This document shows, one piece after another, positions 11,079 to 21,214 of a stretch of 64,000 nt of DNA. Position 1 is the stretch's first letter; every line of letters starts with the position of its first letter. Source of the DNA: Patescibacteria group bacterium (lineage in GTDB: Bacteria; Patescibacteriota; Minisyncoccia; Minisyncoccales; UBA10102); contig JANBVJ010000001.1 in the NCBI GenBank assembly GCA_024239055.1, positions 368,572-432,571 of the forward strand, given 5' to 3'. The notes under the pieces are model-generated. The model was not told where the DNA came from, searched no databases, and saw only the letters and a list, made by a program, of their open reading frames with translations. Position numbers and translations under genes: made by a program.

Positions 11079-12245
11079 TTATACCCTCTTTTTCCTGAGT
11101 CTTTCAACTGTCTTCGTTAAAATCCTCATAACATGTTCTATATCCTGTCTATCTGTTCCTCTCCCTAATGTCATGCGTAATGAAGACATAGCGTCCTTTC
11201 CTGAACGCCCTAAAGCAAGTAAAACATGCGAGGGTTCATGCCTTCGTTCAGAACACGCAGAACCCGTGGATACGGCAATTCCTCTTTGATCCAATGCCAC
11301 AACTACCTCAAACCCCTCAACGTCTTTAAAAGAAACATTCACATTGTTCGCTAAACGATTCTTTAAAGATCCGTTTACTTGAACCTCTGGAATTAACTTG
11401 AGAATACTCTTAATCAGCGCATCTCGCATCTGACGAATCTTTATTCTATGAAGCTTTATCTTTGGATCCTGCACTTTTAAAAGAGCTGCTCCAAATCCAA
11501 CGATGCCAGCCACATTCTCAGTCCCTGATCTCATTCCTTTTTCCTGACCTCCTCCAATAACCAAAGGGTCAATCTCCGCCCCAGACCTAATATAAAGAGC
11601 TCCAACTCCCTTGGGTCCATATATTTTATGAGAGCTAAGGGTAAGAAGATCCACTGAAAGTAAATCAACATTGCAATCCAGGTAATTGACGGCTTGCACG
11701 GCATCTGTATGAAAGAGAATCTTTCTTGTGCGCTTTGTATTTACTTTCTTAAGCATCCTGCCAATCTCAGCTATAGGTTGTACTGTCCCAATCTCAGAAT
11801 TAGCGTACATAATAGAAACTAAAACTGTATTCTTTTTAATGGCATTCTCCACATCCTTCACGTTAACAATCCCATCTTCATCAACACCTATGTATGTTAC
11901 AGTAGCCAACCCCTGAGCTTCTAACTCCTGACATGGAGCAAGCACTGCCTCATGCTCAATAACACTTGTTATGACATGTGGCTTCTCTTTATCAGCAACT
12001 CCTCTAATTGCCATATTGTCAGCTTCCGTAGCACTCCCTGTAAACACAACCTCTTCTAACTCACACCCCAAGAATCCCGCCACGATAGAACGGGCGTTGT
12101 CTACGCCTGCCATTGCACGCTGCCCAAAGACATGCGAGGAGGATGGATTTCCATACTCTCCTTTCATATATGGAAGCATAGCTCTCAACACATCCTTGTC
12201 TAAAGGAGTGGTGGAGGCATAATCTAAATAGATCTTTTTTCTCAT
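11079..12245 (-). CDS. Cysteine desulfurase (NifS/IscS class V aminotransferase)
   Basis: SSHKIYGPKGVGALY (PLP lysine) and STGSACS (active-site Cys). Confidence 0.9.
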   Translation of the reverse strand: MRKKIYLDYASTTPLDKDVLRAMLPYMKGEYGNPSSSHVFGQRAMAGVDNARSIVAGFLGCELEEVVFTGSATEADNMAIRGVADKEKPHVITSVIEHEAVLAPCQELEAQGLATVTYIGVDEDGIVNVKDVENAIKKNTVLVSIMYANSEIGTVQPIAEIGRMLKKVNTKRTRKILFHTDAVQAVNYLDCNVDLLSVDLLTLSSHKIYGPKGVGALYIRSGAEIDPLVIGGGQEKGMRSGTENVAGIVGFGAALLKVQDPKIKLHRIKIRQMRDALIKSILKLIPEVQVNGSLKNRLANNVNVSFKDVEGFEVVVALDQRGIAVSTGSACSERRHEPSHVLLALGRSGKDAMSSLRMTLGRGTDRQDIEHVMRILTKTVERLRKKRV

Positions 12246-12943
12246 TACTCTTTGTGGTAATGATCAAACCTGTACTTGAATATATCAGATCTTACTGGTC
12301 CTAGGAAAAACATATAAAACTCAACTAAGATAAACTTTACATAAGTAGAAAAGGCTCCGTCTTTTAAATATCTCCTTGGGGTAGTAAGAATCCTTATGGA
12401 GCGCAAAATCCCGAACTTTCCTTTCTTTGCCGCCTCACGAACAAAATACAGATCTTCTGCAAACATAACACTCTCGTCAAATCCCCCGACTGTATTAAAT
12501 ATCTTCTTTCTGACAATTATTGTCATAGCTCCATGAGGAAGAATCTTCTCAAGCAGAAGAATGGGAATATTGTAAAAGATATCCATGCGCAATTGAAAAC
12601 TCCTTCCCTCTAAATTAAGCATAACACTAGCCACCTCCAGCTTTCTTTCCTCAAACTCCAAGAGTCCTTTTTTAAAAAAGTCGTTTGGAAAGACAACATC
12701 AGCGTCAGCAAAGATCAAGATATCTCCTTTTGCTGCCTTAGCGCCGGCATTTCTTCCTACGGCCGGAAGTCCTCCTTTTACAACCTTGCATCCATACTTC
12801 TTTGCAATCTCTGGTGTCTTGTCTTGAGAATCTGCATCGGCAACAATAATTTCCACGTCATCCCTTCCTTGTTCTTTGATGGATTTTAAAAGCTTGCCAA
12901 GATATTTCTCTTCATTTAAGGTAGGAATAATAATACTTATCAT
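12245..12943 (-). CDS. Family 2 glycosyltransferase
   Basis: MISIIIPTLNEEKYL.. and ..ADADSQDKT.. are GT2 signatures; the stop overlaps the nifS-like ATG by 1 nt. Confidence 0.8.
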   Translation of the reverse strand: MISIIIPTLNEEKYLGKLLKSIKEQGRDDVEIIVADADSQDKTPEIAKKYGCKVVKGGLPAVGRNAGAKAAKGDILIFADADVVFPNDFFKKGLLEFEERKLEVASVMLNLEGRSFQLRMDIFYNIPILLLEKILPHGAMTIIVRKKIFNTVGGFDESVMFAEDLYFVREAAKKGKFGILRSIRILTTPRRYLKDGAFSTYVKFILVEFYMFFLGPVRSDIFKYRFDHYHKE

Positions 12944-12966
12944 ACCCTGAAATTGTAGCAGAGACC

Positions 12967-13965
12967 TTAACTCTCATCAAACACTTTCTTTGCCTCATTC
13001 CACATACTATCATCCCCTTTTACCTTTTTTAACCAATACCACCACTCTCCTCCCCAAAGATATAAAGTATCAAGTCCAGTATTTCTTGCAAACTCAATGT
13101 TCTTGACAAAGCGCTCTAAATCCATACTTTTTTTCTGCTCCTCTACAGAAATATTATATAAGAGCTCAGGCCCCCATGGTTCTGCCTGCACCTCAACGCC
13201 AATCACTTTCTTTCCGTATAATGTTTTTATTAAGCCGGCTCGCCTTGCGTAAAACACAGACGGAAAAGGATAGGAAACATACATATCAATTTCTGAAAAC
13301 CAGACCTTTCTATACATAGTGGTTCCTACAACATCCCCTACCTGAGCAGCCCTTATCCAGAAAGAAAACTCACCTGAGTCTGAGATAATAACTGGATGCT
13401 CTGGATCAAGGGACCGTACAAGCTCCACCTCTTTTAAAAGAAAAGTATCATCCTTCCATGGACATTCCCCAAATACAAAGAAGGGCTCGTTCTCAACCTG
13501 CCAACCCGATAATGCAGGATTATCTTTATATCTATTCACGGTTTCTTTAAGCATTGCAAGAATAGCTATTTGCTGCTCTTCTTTTGAAGAATCCTCTATC
13601 CAGCCCGGCACATGACACTCAGGCCACCTTGGGGTCTTCATACCAACAACAAGCAGTACTTGAGCTCCGCGTACCTCTGCCTGTTCCATTAGCCAGTCTA
13701 GATTACGAAAACTAAACTCACGTCTTTCTTGATGAATCTCATCCCAGTGAACTGCTACCTTAAAGTTTCTCACTTCAAGATCATCCAATAAGGCTTCATA
13801 TGTCTTCTCCCAGTCAATACCCATTGCCCTTGCATGCTTTATAGAGAAGTTAACACCCCAGGCAATATTGCCTGCGGGAGTAGAAGAACCCACAAATAAA
13901 TATACAAAGGCCGCCATAAAAACAACCAGCAAGGAAAGCGAAAGAATTAGAAGAGTCTTTTTCAT
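12967..13965 (-). CDS. Membrane-anchored clan GH-A (TIM-barrel) glycoside hydrolase
   Basis: WQVENEPF acid/base motif. I trimmed the start to MKKTLLILSL (13965), which forms an ATGA overlap with the upstream permease stop. Confidence 0.6.
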   Translation of the reverse strand: MKKTLLILSLSLLVVFMAAFVYLFVGSSTPAGNIAWGVNFSIKHARAMGIDWEKTYEALLDDLEVRNFKVAVHWDEIHQERREFSFRNLDWLMEQAEVRGAQVLLVVGMKTPRWPECHVPGWIEDSSKEEQQIAILAMLKETVNRYKDNPALSGWQVENEPFFVFGECPWKDDTFLLKEVELVRSLDPEHPVIISDSGEFSFWIRAAQVGDVVGTTMYRKVWFSEIDMYVSYPFPSVFYARRAGLIKTLYGKKVIGVEVQAEPWGPELLYNISVEEQKKSMDLERFVKNIEFARNTGLDTLYLWGGEWWYWLKKVKGDDSMWNEAKKVFDES

Positions 13966-14879
13966 ACAGCCAGCAATAATAGTCCCGCTCCAATGATTAT
14001 AATAGACAATATCTTTTGCAGCAGTATCTTTCTGGAAATCTCTTCTTTGAGAATTGATGGAAAGTATATTGATAAGAACCACGCAATAAAGAAGAGGGAT
14101 ATATATTTTACACCCTCAAGCGCACTCACAAAGGCAAGAAGCCCAAAGGGTACTAAGGCTATGGCCCAGCTCTGCAGAACAAAGGCCAGTCCGCCCATTC
14201 CCTGATTAAGGAAAAAGATAAACATGGGAACAAAAGAACCCTTTCGTCTATTCTTTAGATAGAACATCTTAATTATTCCTTCCTTTGTTTCTCTAAATAA
14301 GAGAAAGAGCAGGGCTACCATAAAGCCACCAAGTAGCATCCAAAAGAATCCAGACCAGAAGGGCTGCACCTCATAGACAAACTTTGCAAGGAAGAAAGAA
14401 GAGGCAAAAAGAAAAGCTGTGATAAAAGAAATCGTAATGCTTGCCTGCGTCACAGAGAAACGTTTTTCCATACTCACTAAGATAGATCCCCCAACGAGCA
14501 AAGCAAAGGCGAGAATATCCAATCCTCCCAGATTTGCCTCCCTCGTAAAGATTAAGGTGAGCAGTAGAATTGCAATTGGAAGAAACCCTCCTATCGCAGG
14601 AACAACACGAGATGCCTCAAATCTCCTCAAGGCAGAAAAAAAGGCAAAGAGCGCCACAAGCCGCAGTGCTCCAGCTATAATTGCAACAAGTAAAGTTGAG
14701 AACTCTGGAATATCAACAAATCCTAGTGGAATCAAAAGAAGAGCAAAGGTAATAGAAAGCATACCAACTAAAAACGTATAGAACTTTGGATTCTGAATAG
14801 GACCAGAAAGCAGGTACCTGTCCAGCAACGCAACAATACCGAACAAAGAATGTGAAACAACTGCAACAATTAACCACAT
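13962..14879 (-). CDS. Polytopic membrane protein, DMT/EamA-like permease
   Basis: About 10 predicted TM helices in 305 aa; the family call is by architecture only. Confidence 0.5.
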   Translation of the reverse strand: MWLIVAVVSHSLFGIVALLDRYLLSGPIQNPKFYTFLVGMLSITFALLLIPLGFVDIPEFSTLLVAIIAGALRLVALFAFFSALRRFEASRVVPAIGGFLPIAILLLTLIFTREANLGGLDILAFALLVGGSILVSMEKRFSVTQASITISFITAFLFASSFFLAKFVYEVQPFWSGFFWMLLGGFMVALLFLLFRETKEGIIKMFYLKNRRKGSFVPMFIFFLNQGMGGLAFVLQSWAIALVPFGLLAFVSALEGVKYISLFFIAWFLSIYFPSILKEEISRKILLQKILSIIIIGAGLLLLAV

Positions 14880-14880
14880 A

Positions 14881-16038
14881 TTATATTTCTATTTTATTTG
14901 TCTTGCATATATCAGCATATACAAAAGCAGAAGGTCTTGGAGTTCTCTTTTGAGTGGTATAATCCACACCCACCAAACCAAATCTCGGATCTCTCCCTCT
15001 CTCCCACTCAATGTTATCAATAAAAGACCAATGAAAGTATCCTTTTACATCAGCTCCTTCTTCAATCGCTTTATGCAACCATTTAAGATGATCTTTTATA
15101 AACTCTTCGCGTCGTGTATCTTTTGCGTCAGCCAACCCGTTCTCCGTTATATATATAGGAAGCCCATACTTAGCTATCTCTACTACCGCATGATAGATGC
15201 CTTCAGGGTACACCTCCCATCCAAGATCTGAAACAACTTCATTCTTATTTATCTGTATTCCTGGAAATAGAATCCTTGAATGAAAGTAATAATTTATTCC
15301 AATAAAATCCAAAGAATCCTTCACCTTGTTTAAAAACCATCTGTTTTGAAAGAAGTGTGCAATGCCGGCAACAACTTTATCCCACGGGAGGAAAGAAAAA
15401 GCTTCTATATAGACAATATTCTGCACAATACCTACCTGAATATTCTTCTTTGCCTTATGCATTGCTTTATAAGCTTCCCTGTGTGCACGAGCCATATTTC
15501 CCAAAACCTGAAAGAATAAGAAAGGATTCTTCTTGCCCGGCGCCCACCTGCCTATTAAATATCCCAGCAAAGCATAGTTTAGGGGCTCGTTAATGGTAAC
15601 CCATAGGCCAACTAAATCTCCGTACTCCTTAACCATTCTTTCTGAAAACCTGACAAAATAATCCACTGCCTTTTTATCCGCCCATCCTCCCTTGTTGTCC
15701 AGCCATAATGGAGTGGTAAAGTGATGAAGCGTTACCATTGGAGTAATGTTCTTTTTTCTCAGACTCTCCAATACCTTTCTGTAATGGGCTATCTCTTTCT
15801 CGTCAAACACTCCCTCTTTTGGCATAATACGGGACCACTCAATAGATAAACGGTAGGCAGATTGAGACAAACTAGAAAGAAGTTGAAAATCTTTCTCAAA
15901 TAAATGATATTGATCTGCCGCATCTTGTGCCGGGGCAAACTGCGACCAGTCGGCCTTTTCAATCCCTCCCTCTACCTGAAAAGCCGAGGTAGCTGAACCC
16001 CACAGAAATCCTTTAGGGAAAGAAAGCATACTGGACAT
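14881..16038 (-). CDS. GH1 beta-glucosidase
   Basis: WVTINEP (acid/base) and YITENG (nucleophile) motifs. Confidence 0.9.
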   Translation of the reverse strand: MSSMLSFPKGFLWGSATSAFQVEGGIEKADWSQFAPAQDAADQYHLFEKDFQLLSSLSQSAYRLSIEWSRIMPKEGVFDEKEIAHYRKVLESLRKKNITPMVTLHHFTTPLWLDNKGGWADKKAVDYFVRFSERMVKEYGDLVGLWVTINEPLNYALLGYLIGRWAPGKKNPFLFFQVLGNMARAHREAYKAMHKAKKNIQVGIVQNIVYIEAFSFLPWDKVVAGIAHFFQNRWFLNKVKDSLDFIGINYYFHSRILFPGIQINKNEVVSDLGWEVYPEGIYHAVVEIAKYGLPIYITENGLADAKDTRREEFIKDHLKWLHKAIEEGADVKGYFHWSFIDNIEWERGRDPRFGLVGVDYTTQKRTPRPSAFVYADICKTNKIEI

Positions 16039-16058
16039 TTAATAAGTATACCAGAAAA

Positions 16059-17486
16059 CTAGAAAGGAGATGCATATTTCCTATGCCACCTCCATATGGC
16101 ATACCCCAGTAAGATATATACCAAAATTAAGACCACCCACAAAAACATGGATGAGGAAAGAAAAGCGCCTGGTATTGAAGAGAAAAACTCAATAATTCTT
16201 ACAACGTAGTCTAAGAGGAAAAAGACTGGAAGAAATAACAGATATCCAAAGCCTCCCCATACAGCTCCCATAATCATAAAGAGAAATCCAAGTCCTAAAA
16301 TAAACGGGACTAGGGGGACAACTAGAAGATTAGTAATAAAAGAGATAACAGAAAACCCTCCAAAGTACCAAGTTAATAAAGGAAGAGCAAAAATCTGAGC
16401 CGTAACTGTCATGCCCAAAACATCTCTTAACTGGAATGCCTCCGGAACAAACCTTAGTAACTCTCTTGCTAAAGGAAGAAACAAAGTAATTCCCAGTACC
16501 GCCAAAAACGACAACTGAAATCCAACATCTTTTATAAAGAGAGGATTAAACAGAAGCATAGCGCCTCCCACAAAGACAAGCATGCGCACTCCAACATTTG
16601 TCCTACCCATATTTTGCGAAAATAAAACGAGCCCTCCCATAAGACCTGCCCGTATGGCAGAAGGCTGAAAGCCCGTCAAGATAACAAATAAAACAATAAA
16701 TATGATGGAAAGAACAGTAGCTTGCGCCCGCCACAAGCCAAGGCCCAAAAGTAAGGAGAGTACAATTCCAGATAAAATGGCAACGTGCATGCCAGATACC
16801 GCTGTAATATGCCTGACTCCTGTAATATTAAGCTTTTCCTTGAGAGAATCTGACATCCTTCCCTTGTCTCCCAATATCATAGCAGCAAGAATCTCAGAGT
16901 GCGGCGGAGGAAGATATTTATTAATTACCTCTCCAAGTCGTCCCTTTATACCAGATACAAAACTTCCCTGACCTCGCTCTACCAATTCTATCTGCGGATG
17001 AAATACAATGGCATATATATCTTTTGCAGAAAGAAATGCACGGTAATCAAAACCATCAAAGACCGGGGGCTGCTCCAATACTCCGCGAACCAACAACACG
17101 TCTTTATAATAATACTCAGGATACTTTGGAGTACGCAGCAGTATTCTACCATTCATCTTTTCTGCTTGTACCACAAGTTCCGTATATTCAGCTCCCACAT
17201 CTTCATCAACCACCTCTACCTCCCAGTAAATCTCTTCTCCCAAATAGGGTATATCATTATTACGCGATATGTCTGCAATTCCATATCTCCATATACCAAA
17301 GAGAGCAGAAAGAAGAACAATTCCTGCAACAAAAACTTTCGGTTTCTTCCAAAAAAGGGTTACAAGAAAAATCCCAAGAATCAAAAGAGCCAGCATAACA
17401 GGCTGACTCATATCTATAAAGGCATTTAATACAACTCCCGCAACAAATCCTAAAGCCGCAACAAATACGACTTGAGCCGCACTCAT
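16059..17486 (-). CDS. comEC: ComEC/Rec2 competence channel, lacking the C-terminal metallo-beta-lactamase domain
   Basis: ITAVSGMHVAILSG signature and a polytopic membrane layout; only 475 aa; ATGA overlap with the ftsZ stop. Confidence 0.8.
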   Translation of the reverse strand: MSAAQVVFVAALGFVAGVVLNAFIDMSQPVMLALLILGIFLVTLFWKKPKVFVAGIVLLSALFGIWRYGIADISRNNDIPYLGEEIYWEVEVVDEDVGAEYTELVVQAEKMNGRILLRTPKYPEYYYKDVLLVRGVLEQPPVFDGFDYRAFLSAKDIYAIVFHPQIELVERGQGSFVSGIKGRLGEVINKYLPPPHSEILAAMILGDKGRMSDSLKEKLNITGVRHITAVSGMHVAILSGIVLSLLLGLGLWRAQATVLSIIFIVLFVILTGFQPSAIRAGLMGGLVLFSQNMGRTNVGVRMLVFVGGAMLLFNPLFIKDVGFQLSFLAVLGITLFLPLARELLRFVPEAFQLRDVLGMTVTAQIFALPLLTWYFGGFSVISFITNLLVVPLVPFILGLGFLFMIMGAVWGGFGYLLFLPVFFLLDYVVRIIEFFSSIPGAFLSSSMFLWVVLILVYILLGYAIWRWHRKYASPF

Positions 17487-18415
17487 TTATGAAAGCCCGT
17501 AGCAATAACAGTAATCTTTATCTCCCCTGCTTTTAAGGATTTATCATTCAAGGCCCCGAATATTATCTTTGCCTGAGGAGAGACCTTATTCTTTATAATC
17601 TTGGCAGCTTCATTAATCTCAACCAAACTCATGTCTTTGGACCCCGCCATATTAAACAGAACACCCTTAGCTCCCTCAATTGAGAGATTAAGGAGTGGGG
17701 AATTTAGGGCTTGCTCTAAAGCCAATTCTATTCTATTTTCCCCTTTTGCTTTCCCAGTCCCAAATACAGCGCGCCCCGAGTTTTTCATTATTGACTTCAT
17801 ATCAGCAAAGTCCACATTAATGATGCCCGGAAGCGTAATAAGGTCAGATATTCCCTGTACTGCTTGTCGCAAAACCTCATCTGCCTTCCAAAAAGCTGAA
17901 ATTACCTGTGTGTCTTCATCAGACATTTCAAGAATATGGTCGTTTGGAATTACTAAAAGCGTATCCACTCGTCCCTTGAGATTATCCAAAGCCCTGTCTG
18001 CTAATCTCATGCGCCAGGAACCCTCAAAAGAAAAAGGTTTAATGACCACAGCTACAGTTAGTATTCCTTGCTTTTTTGCTAGTTCTGCAATTACAGGAAT
18101 TGCTCCGCCACCGGTTCCGCCTCCTAAGCCCGCTACTAAAAATACCATCTCAGCATCCTTAAATAGTTCTGAAATCTCCTCTAAACTCTCTTGAGCTGCC
18201 TTTTTCCCCAAGTCCGGATTCATACCAGCTCCCAGGCCTCCCGTACTCTCATTTCCAATATGAAGCTTTTTATGAGCTTGAACCTTTTTTAAATCCTGAA
18301 TATCCGTATTTATTGCAATGAGCTCAATACCCTTTACTTTACACTGCATCATACGGTCAATTGCGTTTCCACCTCCTCCCCCAATACCAATTACTTTAAT
18401 ATTTGTAGATGACAT
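17483..18415 (-). CDS. ftsZ: FtsZ, core only (310 aa)
   Basis: GIGGGGGNAIDRM and the GGGTGGG tubulin signature. The protein ends ...VIATGFHK*, directly after the globular core. Confidence 0.9.
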   Translation of the reverse strand: MSSTNIKVIGIGGGGGNAIDRMMQCKVKGIELIAINTDIQDLKKVQAHKKLHIGNESTGGLGAGMNPDLGKKAAQESLEEISELFKDAEMVFLVAGLGGGTGGGAIPVIAELAKKQGILTVAVVIKPFSFEGSWRMRLADRALDNLKGRVDTLLVIPNDHILEMSDEDTQVISAFWKADEVLRQAVQGISDLITLPGIINVDFADMKSIMKNSGRAVFGTGKAKGENRIELALEQALNSPLLNLSIEGAKGVLFNMAGSKDMSLVEINEAAKIIKNKVSPQAKIIFGALNDKSLKAGEIKITVIATGFHK

Positions 18416-18427
18416 ATTATGCGTAGA

Positions 18428-19630
18428 TTAAGGAATAAATACCCCGAATACCTTTTTCAAAAACCCCGTAAATCCAATGCCGGGAATACCGTCTCCTCCT
18501 TCATAGTCACCAGTTCCCTGTATAACAAGTCCGAGAACCGTCATTAAGGCAGTATCATCTTGAGCAGTAACAACGTTATGTGGAGTTCCTATCTTAACAG
18601 GAAGTTTCAGCTCTTTTTTGGCAAGGTCTACAATCTTTGGAAGCTTAGCTCCCCCTCCACAAAGCACAACACCGGCAGGCAAATCCCCGTGCTTTGTAAC
18701 CTTTTTTATCTCTTTTTGCGCCTGTTGTAAAATCTCCTTGGTTCGTGCCTCAATAATATGAGAAAGGAAGTGCTGCGTAAATGTTACTGGTTCTGCTCCC
18801 TCCATCTCCACCTTTTCTGTCTTTCTGCCACGGGATGGCATGCACGTGCCATATTCTTTTTTAATTTGTTCTGCCGCATCATGTTCTGTTCTCAAGCCAA
18901 TTGCAATATCGTTAGTTATATTTTCTGAACCAATTGGAAAGATAGCTGTATGTAAGAGATCTCCTTCCTGAAAGACCGCTAGACCCGTTGTACCAGCCCC
19001 AATATCTAAAACAGCAACTCCTAGTTCTTTTTGATGAGGGGTTAAGACGGCAGCGGCCGCAGCCAAAGAGGTTGGAATCATATTTGGAATCTCGATACCC
19101 GACGCCAAAACAACAGAAGTAAGATTTTTAATGTAAGGTGTAAAACCGCAAACTGCCAAAACCTCAGACTCCAGCCGCACCCCCCGCATACCAACCACTT
19201 CTTTAATCCCTGTGACTCCATCTACTACAAACTCTTTGGGTATAACGTCTAGTATCTCTTTATTGGACTCTAGAGATAGGGCTTGAGCCGCCTGCAACAC
19301 ACGATCCACATCTTCTTGTGAAATCTGTCCGTCAGCCCTGGACACCGCAACTACTCCCCTGGAAGTCGCCAAAAATAAATGACTTCCTCCAATACTAATA
19401 AAGGCCTCTGAAATCTTTTTTGATATGACAGATTCCAAACGATTCTTAGCTACCACAACCGCTTTCGTAGCCTCCTCTAAATTCACAACAACTCCTCTCC
19501 TCACTCCAAATGAGGGTTCTTCTACAAATCCAAGTATCTCAAGTCCTGTTCCATCTTCCAATGGAGTTGCTGCCAGCATCTTAATTGAAGAGGTTCCAAT
19601 ATCTAATCCAATGATTATATTCTGCTTCAT
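18428..19630 (-). CDS. ftsA: FtsA
   Basis: Actin-fold phosphate motifs GLDIGTSSIK and VLDIGAGTTGLAVF; C-terminal amphipathic helix GFLKKVFGVFIP. Confidence 0.9.
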   Translation of the reverse strand: MKQNIIIGLDIGTSSIKMLAATPLEDGTGLEILGFVEEPSFGVRRGVVVNLEEATKAVVVAKNRLESVISKKISEAFISIGGSHLFLATSRGVVAVSRADGQISQEDVDRVLQAAQALSLESNKEILDVIPKEFVVDGVTGIKEVVGMRGVRLESEVLAVCGFTPYIKNLTSVVLASGIEIPNMIPTSLAAAAAVLTPHQKELGVAVLDIGAGTTGLAVFQEGDLLHTAIFPIGSENITNDIAIGLRTEHDAAEQIKKEYGTCMPSRGRKTEKVEMEGAEPVTFTQHFLSHIIEARTKEILQQAQKEIKKVTKHGDLPAGVVLCGGGAKLPKIVDLAKKELKLPVKIGTPHNVVTAQDDTALMTVLGLVIQGTGDYEGGDGIPGIGFTGFLKKVFGVFIP

Positions 19631-20031
19631 TGAAAATGAGCTCTATAGATTTCTTCTTTTTTCTCCATTGTTTTATGGGTATATCCCAGTAAATGCAATA
19701 TTCCGTGAATAACCATCCAAGTCATTGCGCTTGTAAATAGTATATCATACTTTTTTGCGTCCTTGCGAACTACAACCGGAGAAATAACTAATTCTCCTAA
19801 TCCAAACTCTTCTTGTGCAAATGAAAGAACATTAGCTTCCTCATCTTTTCCACGATATATTTTATTCAACTCTTGAGAACGCTTTGAGGAAACAAGAGCG
19901 ATAGATAGTCCCTTATCTTTCTTTCCTTCCCTTTCTAAAACATATAAAGCAACTCGCTTAAGATGAGTTTCAGAAATTACTGTCTTTGTAAGATTATTAA
20001 CCTCAATCATGCAAATGAGGTTATCCTGCAA
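19627..20031 (-). CDS. ybeY: YbeY rRNA maturation endoribonuclease
   Basis: HGILHLLGYTH zinc motif. The start may instead be MIEVNN at 20010. Confidence 0.85.
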   Translation of the reverse strand: MQDNLICMIEVNNLTKTVISETHLKRVALYVLEREGKKDKGLSIALVSSKRSQELNKIYRGKDEEANVLSFAQEEFGLGELVISPVVVRKDAKKYDILFTSAMTWMVIHGILHLLGYTHKTMEKKEEIYRAHFQ

Positions 20032-20467
20032 TCTGAATGGAGTTTACGTAATACTCCTCTAGTATCTCTACAATTTCAATAAGTTCCAAACTCACCATAA
20101 TACCCCTAGCATCAAAGAACGCCGTCTGAAAGAGAAAGGAACCCGTATCAGAAGATGTGGTTGATTGAATCTCAAATGAATCAAATGGAAGAGAGAGTTC
20201 AAATTGATTAGTCTCAAGTTCCAAAACAGAAACCTCTGTAAGAAAAGCCCGTGCCCTGTCTTCATTCTCTGCAAGTCTTGCTTGAAGAAAAACAATTAAA
20301 ATATCTTTCGCATTGCGTTGAGCTAACTCCTGCTCAATTCGTGGCAGACGTTCTGTCTCCAGGCGTTGATACTGCCAGGCCAAGACAAGTTCTCCGGCCA
20401 CAACCAAAATAATGGCTAGAAGTAAAGCCATCCACGCTCTCTTATTAAAAAAGGAATGTTCCTTCAT
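20021..20467 (-). CDS. Membrane-anchored hypothetical protein (148 aa)
   Basis: ORF with one TM helix (WMALLLAIILVVAGELVLAW). Confidence 0.5.
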   Translation of the reverse strand: MKEHSFFNKRAWMALLLAIILVVAGELVLAWQYQRLETERLPRIEQELAQRNAKDILIVFLQARLAENEDRARAFLTEVSVLELETNQFELSLPFDSFEIQSTTSSDTGSFLFQTAFFDARGIMVSLELIEIVEILEEYYVNSIQIAG

Positions 20468-20967
20468 TATAAACCAAGTTGTTCTTTTACAATTCTACTT
20501 ACAAGAGCACCGTCTGCCTTACCCTTTGTTTCTTGAGAAAGCTGAGCCATAACCTTACCCATGTCTTTTATATCTGCAGCTCCTACCTCAGTAATGACTT
20601 TTGTTACTAAGACCGCAATCTCCTGTTCTGAAAGCTGGGCAGGAAGATATGCAGCCAAGATATCAAGTTCTCTCTTTTCCTTATCTGCCATTTCCTGACG
20701 CCCGCCTTTTTTAAAGGCCTCAATAGCTTCTCTTCTCTTTTTTACTTCCCCTCCTATAATATCCAGTAATTCTTCTGAAGAAAGCTGACTCTCTTTATCT
20801 AACTGTTGGGAGGTCGCATCAGGATTCTTTTTGGATAGGGCATACCTATTTTCCTTCTCTTTATTCTGAACTGAAGCAAATAAAAGGCGAAGGGTTGTGA
20901 CCTTCTCTTCTTCTCTTGCGAGCATAGCTTCCTTGAGATCTACTTTGATTTGCTCTCTGAGTTCCAT
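20467..20967 (-). CDS. GatB/YqeY-domain protein
   Basis: An N-terminus of the form MELREQIKVDLKEAMLAREE..TLRLL is typical of YqeY, and it follows rpsU as in many bacteria. Confidence 0.75.
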   Translation of the reverse strand: MELREQIKVDLKEAMLAREEEKVTTLRLLFASVQNKEKENRYALSKKNPDATSQQLDKESQLSSEELLDIIGGEVKKRREAIEAFKKGGRQEMADKEKRELDILAAYLPAQLSEQEIAVLVTKVITEVGAADIKDMGKVMAQLSQETKGKADGALVSRIVKEQLGL

Positions 20968-20971
20968 GAGA

Positions 20972-21214
20972 TTATCTTCGTCCTCTTCTCTGATTTTTCT
21001 CTACCAATCCCAATTTTGATAGATGTTCATACTCAGCTCTCTTTTCAATACGTCGCAAAGCTGCCTTTCTTTTGGTAAAGTCTGACTTTGGACGATCTCG
21101 AAAACGCAAAGAGCGGGCGCGTATAAGAATACCTGAATTCTTCAAGCGTCTTGAAAAACGGCGCACCAAGGATTGCGCATTCTCCCTTTCTTGTTTTTTA
21201 ATTTCAAAACTCAT
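20972..21214 (-). CDS. rpsU: Ribosomal protein bS21
   Basis: ..LVRRFSRRLKNSGIL..R....F..KP..RKRK resembles the E. coli S21 pattern ALRRFKRSCEKAGVL. Confidence 0.75.
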   Translation of the reverse strand: MSFEIKKQERENAQSLVRRFSRRLKNSGILIRARSLRFRDRPKSDFTKRKAALRRIEKRAEYEHLSKLGLVEKNQRRGRR

